A DNA stretch of 64,000 nt from an uncultured Sulfolobales archaeon. Lineage in GTDB: Archaea > Thermoproteota > Thermoprotei_A > Sulfolobales > NBVN01. The notes beneath the pieces are model-generated. The model ran no database searches. It was given only the letters and a program-made list of their open reading frames with translations, and was not told the DNA's origin. The stretch is taken from assembly GCA_937949785.1 (NCBI GenBank), contig CALEDH010000013.1, positions 7,519 to 71,518 of the forward strand, in the 5' to 3' direction. Position numbers and translations under genes: made by a program. Below are positions 8,694 to 16,429 of the stretch, piece by piece (the first letter of the stretch is position 1; the number at the start of each line of letters is the position of its first letter).

Positions 8694-10082
8694 TTAAATA
8701 ACCCCTAACTTGTGGAGAACTCCTCTACCCGCTAACACACCAGTAGCTGCAGCTACGTTAATACCTCTCGACAGTCCTGCACCGTCGCCCGCAACAAATA
8801 AGTTTTCGATATTACTCTCTAAGTACCTATTAACAACCGCTCTGACACTATAATACTTTATCTCCGGTGCGTAGACTAATGTCTGCGAAGACGCTACCCC
8901 AGCTATGATGTTATCCAGTCTTTGAAGGCCTTCAATTATATTCGTTAAGACCCTATATGGTAGTGCCATTGATATATCACCTGGAGTTACTTCCTTAAGC
9001 GTCGGTCTTATCGAACTCCTATTTATCCTATCCCAAGTACTTCTCCTACCGGCTTCAAGGTCGCTGAACCTCTGTATTAGCGGTTTCCCACCACCTAACT
9101 TAGTTGATAACCTAGCTATACTCCTACCATACTCTACTGTGTCCTCTAAGGGATTAGTTAACCTAACAGTAGATAGTAAAGCAAAGTTAGTATTACCACT
9201 ACTTTTACTACTGTAGGACTCACCGTTAACACCTACGGTACCATCATCGTATACCTCCTTAATTACGAATCCCCCAGGATTTGTGCAGAAAGTCCTCACC
9301 TTATCGTCGAATGCCTTAGTGTACATGATTATCTTAGGATCTCTAACAACCTTAGTAACCTCATCCATAACCACTGACTGAACCTCTACTCTGACCCCTA
9401 CATCGAGGGGACCTGGAATCACAGCGATCCCTAACTTCTTCGCAATCCCTGAAAACCAGTCAGCTCCTGACCTACCAGTAGCTAGTATAAGGTAGTCACT
9501 GCTGATGTCACCATTACTTGACCTAACCAGAAAGCCGTGCCCCTCATTACGTATGTCGTTAACTTCAGTACTGGTTAACATCTTAACACCTCCCCCCTCA
9601 AGGAATTTCGTAAAGTTCTCTAGGACTGTGACAGCCTTCTCACTCCCTATATGTCTTTGGGGGATCGATATGAAGGTAGCTCCCGCCTTTATAGATCTCT
9701 TCTCTAACACCTCAACCATCTCAGTATTAGGTAGGTAGAGCCTTGTCACATCACTGAAGCTTACTACAACACCATCAACATATTTTATCAACTCGTAAGC
9801 CTCCTCCCAACTACCAACTAATTCGTGAAGCTCACCTCCTATATCCGGCCTCAAATTTATGAGGAAACTACTTAAGGCACCAGCACCCCCAATACCGCTT
9901 AAAACTAAGCAGGGCTTGCAGAACATGCACTTCCCAGTATGTATTAATGGGCATCTCCTCATAGATGCCCTAGGACCTTTATCAATTAACGCTACGCTTA
10001 ACCCCTTACCCTTCGTAACTATCTCATAGGCAGCGAACAAACCAGCCGGTCCAGCCCCAACTATAGCTACATCATACTTCAT
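8694..10082 (-). CDS. FAD-dependent dehydrogenase, COG2509-like, with N-proximal Cys cluster
   Basis: MKYDVAIVGAGPAGLFAA Rossmann GxGxxG; Cys cluster RRCPLIHTGKCMFCKPC; C-terminal FVAGDGAG. Confidence 0.7.
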   Translation of the reverse strand: MKYDVAIVGAGPAGLFAAYEIVTKGKGLSVALIDKGPRASMRRCPLIHTGKCMFCKPCLVLSGIGGAGALSSFLINLRPDIGGELHELVGSWEEAYELIKYVDGVVVSFSDVTRLYLPNTEMVEVLEKRSIKAGATFISIPQRHIGSEKAVTVLENFTKFLEGGGVKMLTSTEVNDIRNEGHGFLVRSSNGDISSDYLILATGRSGADWFSGIAKKLGIAVIPGPLDVGVRVEVQSVVMDEVTKVVRDPKIIMYTKAFDDKVRTFCTNPGGFVIKEVYDDGTVGVNGESYSSKSSGNTNFALLSTVRLTNPLEDTVEYGRSIARLSTKLGGGKPLIQRFSDLEAGRRSTWDRINRSSIRPTLKEVTPGDISMALPYRVLTNIIEGLQRLDNIIAGVASSQTLVYAPEIKYYSVRAVVNRYLESNIENLFVAGDGAGLSRGINVAAATGVLAGRGVLHKLGVI

Positions 10083-10086
10083 ACGA

Positions 10087-11124
10087 TCACCTCCTTAAAG
10101 ACCCAAATACGTCCTGCCTAAGGTCCACCATTGCCATCACATCCTCACCAGTCCCTATTAAAGTTATAGGGACCTTAAGAACGTTTTCAACTTCACTCAC
10201 CCAATTCCTCACCTCTACCGGCAGTTTACCCCACTCCCTAACATTACGAGCATCTCTAAACAACACATCAACCTTAGTTAGAGCTACCTGAGTCGCTGAA
10301 TTTATGATGAGTGCCTTCCTAGCTAACTCCATATTAAACGGCGCTGCCCTCCTAACCCTACCGGTGACAGAAGCCCTTTCAGAAAAACCTAACCTTACAA
10401 CCTCATCAGGGTTTAACTCGTTGGGTAACGGACCCTCACCAACCCTGGTCACATACGATTTAAAAACGACTAAAACATCATCAACTTTCTTAGGACCTAA
10501 GCCAACCTCACTCAATACACCTGATGCCGATGTATCCCTACTCGTTACGTATGGGTATGTGCCGAAGTATAGGCTGAGGTAGAGTCCCTGAGTCCCCTCA
10601 ACTAATACCTTCCCCCCACGGTCAGCATATTCATTAACCTCTAAAGCCACATCCCTTAGATAATTCTTCAGAACCTCATATTCTTTAGCTAATTTAAGCT
10701 TCCTCATAACCCTATCGGAGACCGCAGCACCCACCCCTTGCTTGGTACTACCTATCAACTTCATTAACTCATCAGTAGTCTCCCTAAATACGTGTTCGTC
10801 AGTAATCACACCTGTATTGAAGTCTACGAAGATCCTATCACCGCATTTAGTCTTCTCGACCTCATCTAAGAAAATATCTAAGTTTATAAGAGCTCCAGCC
10901 GGTATGTAAAGCCTGCAAGACCTACATAGAAAAGCTGATGGAACCGACCTCAACTTCCAAACAACGCCGTTAAAGCTCACAGTGTGTCCAGCGTTGATAC
11001 TACCCGTCCTAACAGCAGCGGATGGCATATCTTTTAAACCTAGATACGCTGCTACCTTACCCTTACCTTCATCTCCGAAAAACCCACCAACAACTACAGT
11101 TACTGGCGTAATATCCCTCAACAT
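10087..11124 (-). CDS. purA: Adenylosuccinate synthetase (short archaeal form)
   Basis: VVVGGFFGDEGKGKV P-loop, NAGHTV, GTTKQGVG-like STKQGVGAA, 345 aa. Confidence 0.85.
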   Translation of the reverse strand: MLRDITPVTVVVGGFFGDEGKGKVAAYLGLKDMPSAAVRTGSINAGHTVSFNGVVWKLRSVPSAFLCRSCRLYIPAGALINLDIFLDEVEKTKCGDRIFVDFNTGVITDEHVFRETTDELMKLIGSTKQGVGAAVSDRVMRKLKLAKEYEVLKNYLRDVALEVNEYADRGGKVLVEGTQGLYLSLYFGTYPYVTSRDTSASGVLSEVGLGPKKVDDVLVVFKSYVTRVGEGPLPNELNPDEVVRLGFSERASVTGRVRRAAPFNMELARKALIINSATQVALTKVDVLFRDARNVREWGKLPVEVRNWVSEVENVLKVPITLIGTGEDVMAMVDLRQDVFGSLRR

Positions 11125-11217
11125 TTAGGGATGTCCAATATATAAAGTTGATCTACTATGGCGTTCACTCATTCAATTTAAGAATTCTAAAGTAGGAAAG
11201 TATAAGGTGGTAATACG

Positions 11218-11829
11218 ATGTCCGGTAAGTTCTTACCGGTTACATGGGATGACATAACGTTGTCAACGCTGAGGCTGGCTCGTAAGGTTGTTGAAGCACA
11301 TGCAGTCCCAGATATGTTAGTCGGTATCCTCAGAGGTGGTTGGGTTGTCGCTAGATTATTAAGTGATTACTTAGGGGTAAACTCGGTAGAAGCTGTTGGG
11401 ATTAGGTTTTATAAGGGGGTCGGCGAACGCCATGAAAGACCTGTGATAACCCGCCCACTCACAGCCGATGTAGGTGAGAAGAAGGTCTTAATAGTTGATG
11501 ATGTCGCAGACAGCGGTAAAACACTACAAATAACTATTGAATTACTACAGCTTTACGGGCCTAAGGAAGTTAAAACGGCCTCTATCTACGTAAAGCCAAC
11601 TACCGTTATAGTGCCGGACTTCTACGTTATAGAAACAGATGCATGGATAATATTCCCTTGGGAATACGCTGAAGTACTACGAAACCTCATTAAGTCAAAA
11701 GGCCTAAGCCTTAACGCGGATTCCTTAAACTACGTAATGAGGGAAGTGGGATTAAAACGTAATGTATTTATAGATGAGTTACTGGCCTTACTATCACTAA
11801 CAGCTAATAATGCCGGACGAAAGCCGTAG
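11218..11829 (+). CDS. Purine phosphoribosyltransferase (6-oxopurine/adenine PRTase family)
   Basis: VLIVDDVADSGKTL PRPP-binding loop; 203 aa; paralog of 41604..42239. Confidence 0.75.
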   Translation: MSGKFLPVTWDDITLSTLRLARKVVEAHAVPDMLVGILRGGWVVARLLSDYLGVNSVEAVGIRFYKGVGERHERPVITRPLTADVGEKKVLIVDDVADSGKTLQITIELLQLYGPKEVKTASIYVKPTTVIVPDFYVIETDAWIIFPWEYAEVLRNLIKSKGLSLNADSLNYVMREVGLKRNVFIDELLALLSLTANNAGRKP

Positions 11830-12034
11830 GTTAGGTAAAAATTTAAAAGGATGTTGGTGACCACCTCTTAATTGGTATTCTACGCTTTAATACTAGGGTC
11901 TTAGAATGCTTCTACCTGGTTTTAAGTTGTAAACCTTAATAAACCAGCTGGAAGAATGTCTTAAGTACATGCCCGGTACGTTGTGAGGGTTGGCACCAAG
12001 AAAGGCATATGTTGATGCGGTGTTAACTCAGTAT

Positions 12035-12137
12035 GAGAGGAGGTCTAACGTTAACTTCCGTAACGTTAGGTCGGGCGGAGGTCAGTCAATGTTTAATAAC
12101 CTCCTCTCCTATTGTTAAGAGGTATACCTAAGAGGTG
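12035..12137 (+). promoter_or_regulatory. Structured 5' leader of the FDH-like operon: nested hairpins plus a pyrimidine tract able to pair with the Shine-Dalgarno region
   Basis: Inner stem CTAACGTTA (12045-12053) / TAACGTTAG (12061-12069). Outer stem GAGAGGAGG (12035-12043) / CCTCCTCTC (12100-12108). Alternative partners AGAGG at 12118-12122 and SD AGAGGTG at 12131-12137, 5 nt before the ATG at 12143. Confidence 0.35.
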
Positions 12138-12142
12138 ATTAA

Positions 12143-14188
12143 ATGCCTGAGCACCTTATACGTGCTGTCTGCCCTTACTGCGGTGTTGGATGCGGGTTAA
12201 TGATTAAATCCTCAGATGGTAGATATGTTGGTATAGAATATGACTATAGCCATCCAGTTAATAAAGGAGGTCTATGTCCTAAACCTAATGACCTCTCATT
12301 TATTAACTCACCAGATAGGTTAAAAAAACCTCTTAGGAAGTCTGAAAGCGGTTTCATAGAAATTAGCTGGAAAGACGCTACTAAGGAGGTAGCCGCTAGA
12401 ATTAAAAACATAATTAAAGATGTAGGACCTAATGCCGTAGCCTTCTTAGCGAGTGCTAAATGTTTTAATGAAGAGAATTATCTACTACAAAAATTAGCAA
12501 GGCTTTTAGGCACTAACAACGTTGACCACTGCGCTAGGTTATGTCATGCACCAACATTAATAGGTATGGGTAGGGTTACAGGTGTTGGTGCTTTAACATC
12601 AACGTTTGAAGAGATAGCTAATTCCGACGTAATAGTTGTCTGGGGTGCTAACCCTGCTGAGACTTACCCAATACTTATGGGTCAATACGTCTTAATGGCT
12701 AAGAGAAGGGGGGCTAAGCTAATAGTTGTAGGTCCTGTTAAGAATAAAACAGCATGGCATGCAGATATCTTCATACATATAAAGCCTGGGTCAGACATAG
12801 CTGTTGCTAACGCTATGATGAACGTGATTATTAAGGAAGGACTATATGATAGGGAATTTGTTGAGAAGAGGACTGAGGGATTTGAGAAATTAGTACAGGT
12901 AGTAGATAAGTATACCCCGGAATTAGCTGAGTCTATAAGCGGTGCTCCAGCATTTACGATCAGGCAAGCTGCATATGTGATGGCCTCAAGTAGAAAGGGT
13001 TCCTTAATTTGGTCTATGGGTATTACTCAACACATAACGGGAACGCAGAACGTACAGACCTTAGCAACACTAGCTGCCTTATTAGGTTGGTACGGAAAGC
13101 CTGGAACATGTGTGGGAGGTTTAAGAGGTCAGAACAACGTTCAAGGCGCATGTGATATGGGTGCGTTATCTGAATTCCTACCAGGCTATGTTAGAGTTAC
13201 AGACGAAGCTGGTAGGAAGAGAATTGCTGAGTTGTGGGGGGTTGGGGAACTACCTAAGGACGTAGGTATAACGCTGCCCTGCGTGTTCCGTGAAGCTGAG
13301 GCCGGTAGGATAAAGGCCGCATACATAATGGGTGAAAACCCGGTGGTGAGTGAGGCTAACTCATCCCACGTCATTAATGGTTTAAGTAAAATGGAATTTC
13401 TAGTAGTTCAAGACATATTCTTAACTGAAACTGCTGAGCATGCAGATATAGTACTTCCAGCAGCTGCTTGGGCTGAGAAGGAGGGAAGTTTTACTAATAG
13501 TGAGAGGAGGGTGCAGTGGTCTTTTAAGGCCTTAGAACCGCCTGGTGAGGCTAGACCTGACCTTAATATCATAATAGATTTAGCTAAGGAATTAGGCCTA
13601 GGAAATTACTTCAATTACTTAGGTCCTGAAGATGTTTTACTTGAGGTCAATAAGGTTATCCCAGCATATGCAGGTATAACACCTGATAGGTTAAAGCGGA
13701 ATGTTGGAGGTATCTTATGGCCGTGTCCGTCGGTAGATCATGGAGGTACTCAAATACTCCACGTAGATAGGTTTAGAACGCCGAGCGGTAAATTTAGGAT
13801 ATTACCAGGCGAACATCAACCTCCTGCTGAAATGCCTGATGAAGACTACCCACTTATATTGACAACCCATAGAGTCGTTGGTGCTTACCACACAAACACG
13901 ATGACAGGTAGGTCTAACTCGTTAAGTAAGAGGTGGCCTGAGGCAGAAGCTATAATAAATCCAGCAACAGCAAATACTTACGGAGTTAAAGATGGTGAGG
14001 TAGTAAAATTAGTTACCCGTAGAGGTGAGTACACAGTTAAAATACGTCTAAACCGAGGTGTTGCAGATGGTGTGGTCTCAGTACCATGGCATTGGGGTGC
14101 TAACATATTAACTAATGATGCCTTAGATCCCGATGCTATGATCCCAGAAGCTAAGGTCTGTGCATGTAATATAGTGAAGTTTAGGTGA
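12143..14188 (+). CDS. Molybdopterin (bis-MGD) oxidoreductase, formate dehydrogenase alpha-like, Cys-type
   Basis: N-terminal 4Fe-4S motif CPYCGVGCG...C; active-site HCARLCHAP (Cys-His where Sec-His occurs in FdhH); C-terminal MopB_CT-like VVSVPWHWG. Confidence 0.8.
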   Translation: MPEHLIRAVCPYCGVGCGLMIKSSDGRYVGIEYDYSHPVNKGGLCPKPNDLSFINSPDRLKKPLRKSESGFIEISWKDATKEVAARIKNIIKDVGPNAVAFLASAKCFNEENYLLQKLARLLGTNNVDHCARLCHAPTLIGMGRVTGVGALTSTFEEIANSDVIVVWGANPAETYPILMGQYVLMAKRRGAKLIVVGPVKNKTAWHADIFIHIKPGSDIAVANAMMNVIIKEGLYDREFVEKRTEGFEKLVQVVDKYTPELAESISGAPAFTIRQAAYVMASSRKGSLIWSMGITQHITGTQNVQTLATLAALLGWYGKPGTCVGGLRGQNNVQGACDMGALSEFLPGYVRVTDEAGRKRIAELWGVGELPKDVGITLPCVFREAEAGRIKAAYIMGENPVVSEANSSHVINGLSKMEFLVVQDIFLTETAEHADIVLPAAAWAEKEGSFTNSERRVQWSFKALEPPGEARPDLNIIIDLAKELGLGNYFNYLGPEDVLLEVNKVIPAYAGITPDRLKRNVGGILWPCPSVDHGGTQILHVDRFRTPSGKFRILPGEHQPPAEMPDEDYPLILTTHRVVGAYHTNTMTGRSNSLSKRWPEAEAIINPATANTYGVKDGEVVKLVTRRGEYTVKIRLNRGVADGVVSVPWHWGANILTNDALDPDAMIPEAKVCACNIVKFR

Positions 14189-14691
14189 GGAATATGGTCA
14201 AAATACTGTATGTAGATCCTAAAAACTGTATTTCATGTAGGGCGTGTGAGGTAGCGTGTGAGAGAGAACATGAAGGCATCAGCCACATAGATGTTTACCC
14301 TGTAGAAGATGTTGAGATCTCAGTACCGTATACGTGTAGGCATTGTGAGAACGCACCATGCGTTACCGTATGCCCTACTAAGGCATTATACAGAACTGAT
14401 AGTGGGGTATTCGTAAACTACTTAAGATGTATTGGCTGTAGGCAATGTATAGTTGCATGTCCGTTCGGCATACCTAAATTCTTAGACATCCATAAAGTAA
14501 TTGTTAAATGCGATCTATGCAGACATAGGCTAATAAGGAACTTACCGCCAGCATGCGCTAGTACATGCCCAGCAGAAGCTATTAGCTTCATAGATGAAGA
14601 TGAAGTAACTAAAATTAAGAGAGGTGTTGAACTCTCTAAAATATCTGAGGCGGTCAAAACAGCTAGAACGCTATCGTATCTGAGGACTTAA
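14185..14691 (+). CDS. 4Fe-4S dicluster electron-transfer subunit of the Mo-oxidoreductase
   Basis: Several CxxCxxCxxxC(P) motifs (CISCRACEVAC, CRHCENAPCVTVCP, CIGCRQCIVACP, CDLC...C); 4-nt overlap with the alpha subunit. Confidence 0.8.
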   Translation: MRNMVKILYVDPKNCISCRACEVACEREHEGISHIDVYPVEDVEISVPYTCRHCENAPCVTVCPTKALYRTDSGVFVNYLRCIGCRQCIVACPFGIPKFLDIHKVIVKCDLCRHRLIRNLPPACASTCPAEAISFIDEDEVTKIKRGVELSKISEAVKTARTLSYLRT

Positions 14692-14797
14692 CACCGCTTC
14701 AGGTTTAAATCCTAACACTATGTTATGCAGAAAGTACTTTGCCATAGAAGTTAATTTTATGAACGTCAATTTTTAAACCGTTATTACGTATTAGTAA

Positions 14798-14917
14798 GTG
14801 GGTTCCTATATGAAGTGTAGTCGAGGTAAAGAGAAGAAGGGGAAGAAAGAGGAGAAGAAGGAAGAAAGCTAAGATTTCACATCTCTACTAACCCACTAAG
14901 GGTAATTTATTTTTATT
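14798..14917 (+). other. Candidate small transcription unit: inverted repeats flanking a 45-nt polypurine tract / 20-codon Lys-Glu-rich micro-ORF (14810..14872), followed by a T-rich tract
   Basis: GTGGGTT (14798-14804) pairs with AACCCAC (14890-14896). ORF is MKCSRGKEKKGKKEEKKEES. TATA-like ATTTTTAAA at about 14769-14778. TTTATTTTTATT at 14906-14917. Confidence 0.3.
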
Positions 14918-15029
14918 ACTACTCCTCCAACCTCAGCTAAGGCTTTCTGAAGAACGGGGACTTAACCACCTATACCCTTTCGACGCTAATCCCCCGAATG
15001 TTAGGTTAATAGCGGTTTTACTGATATAA

Positions 15030-15620
15030 CTATCTACGGCTTAACCACACATCGTAGCATATTGACCTCCATAACTTGTTGATTAGATTTAAATTAGAGG
15101 GTATGGTCAGGAACTCTAATTCAGATGATTTTATAATTTCTGGAATAGCGTTCTGAAACTTTATATAGAGCAGATCGTCGTCGTACCCGCATGTCAACTT
15201 CCTAACCACCTCTGAGAGCTGTCCTAAAGACTTTAACTCCATCTCAGAATAACCTAACTTACTTAGAATACCCCTTACGACCTTATTATCATATCTAGTA
15301 GTAGCTAAGTATATATGGGTATTACTTAGTTGTAGGAGTTCTTCCATAGACGCTATTAACGATTTACCTACTCCTAACCCTCTATAATTAACCTTCACCG
15401 CCACGTAATATATTACCCCAACATTCTTAGGTGAGGAATTTACTGAGTAGTAAACGCCTACACCAGCAACATCGTTATTTAAATATGCTATTAACCCTCT
15501 GCATACCCTCTGATTTATGCAGGAGCTAATGTATGGGATGTGATAACGTTCCATCACACCACCTATTACATCGACTATTACATCAACGCATTCGCTGAGA
15601 CATTCACGGATGCGTAACAA
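15030..15620 (-). CDS. GNAT-family N-acetyltransferase
   Basis: Acetyl-CoA motif A: VAVKVNYRGLGVGKSLI; 196 aa. Confidence 0.6.
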   Translation of the reverse strand: MLRIRECLSECVDVIVDVIGGVMERYHIPYISSCINQRVCRGLIAYLNNDVAGVGVYYSVNSSPKNVGVIYYVAVKVNYRGLGVGKSLIASMEELLQLSNTHIYLATTRYDNKVVRGILSKLGYSEMELKSLGQLSEVVRKLTCGYDDDLLYIKFQNAIPEIIKSSELEFLTIPSNLNLINKLWRSICYDVWLSRR

Positions 15621-15679
15621 CCGCTACACCTTAACCCTACCTACTCTCCCTTAGTAATTAGTAGCTTACCACCACAACT

Positions 15680-16303
15680 TCATTTAGAGCTTACCGACTT
15701 CTTATAGGGGCATAAAACCGAGTACACACAGTAATTGCATTCCCAAACATATCTTGGGAAGATAGGGTTTACAACCCTACCCACTATATCAGACTCTGAA
15801 AACCTATCAAACACTGTGAACTGAGCTACCCTCTCAGACGTTATGTAGATTAATAATGAGTAATTTAAATTCATCAACCAATTGTAAATCATGACCTGCT
15901 CTAAGTGTTGTTCATGAGGGATGTTAATATCAGACCTTGAAGTCTTGATCTCCAAACCGATCTTACCTTCATCACCGAAGATCACGGCATCAGCCCTACC
16001 CCTTATCACTACCTTACCACCATCAGGTAATAATAGCTCTTTAAACTCTTCAACCTCCGTCTTAATCACATCGCCGAATCTCTCCTTAAGAATTTCCTGC
16101 AACCCTCTATGAATTAAACTACCGGAAATGTAGAACGGTATGAACACCTCCCTAAGACTTAATTCAGGGTACCTTAACTCATAATCCCTCTTAAGTGAAC
16201 ACCTAACTAAGTCGGAGACCCAGTAAACATCTTGCCCTCTAACATGCTTCTCACGTTCCTCCTTACTTAATTCGTAAATAAACTTAACAATATCTAGACG
16301 CAA
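15680..16303 (-). CDS. Cas4-like PD-(D/E)XK (RecB-family) nuclease with 4-Cys cluster, not CRISPR-linked in this window
   Basis: N-terminal Cys (DLVRCSLK), GRADAVIF...LEIKTS (D...ExK), EQVMIY (QxxxY), C-terminal CNYCVYSVLC. Confidence 0.6.
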   Translation of the reverse strand: MRLDIVKFIYELSKEEREKHVRGQDVYWVSDLVRCSLKRDYELRYPELSLREVFIPFYISGSLIHRGLQEILKERFGDVIKTEVEEFKELLLPDGGKVVIRGRADAVIFGDEGKIGLEIKTSRSDINIPHEQHLEQVMIYNWLMNLNYSLLIYITSERVAQFTVFDRFSESDIVGRVVNPIFPRYVWECNYCVYSVLCPYKKSVSSK

Positions 16304-16429
16304 TGACTACCCCAAACCTAAAAGTGTAGATTGAGTTAATTAACTTAAGCAGTATAAATCCTAAGGGCAGAAAAAGTTAAATAGTAAGTAATCATATAGT
16401 AGTAAAGTTTCGGTGAGGTACTGACTTAG

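Noticed and set aside
11830-12142. Known Moco riboswitch upstream of the Mo enzyme
   Set aside because: I could not recognise the conserved bacterial Moco-motif core, and that class is not known in archaea. The region is kept only as an unclassified structured leader.
12143-14188. Possible selenocysteine (in-frame TGA plus SECIS) in the FDH-like alpha subunit
   Set aside because: The ORF is uninterrupted, and the Sec position of FdhH-type enzymes is occupied by Cys (HCARLCH). There is no need to invoke recoding.
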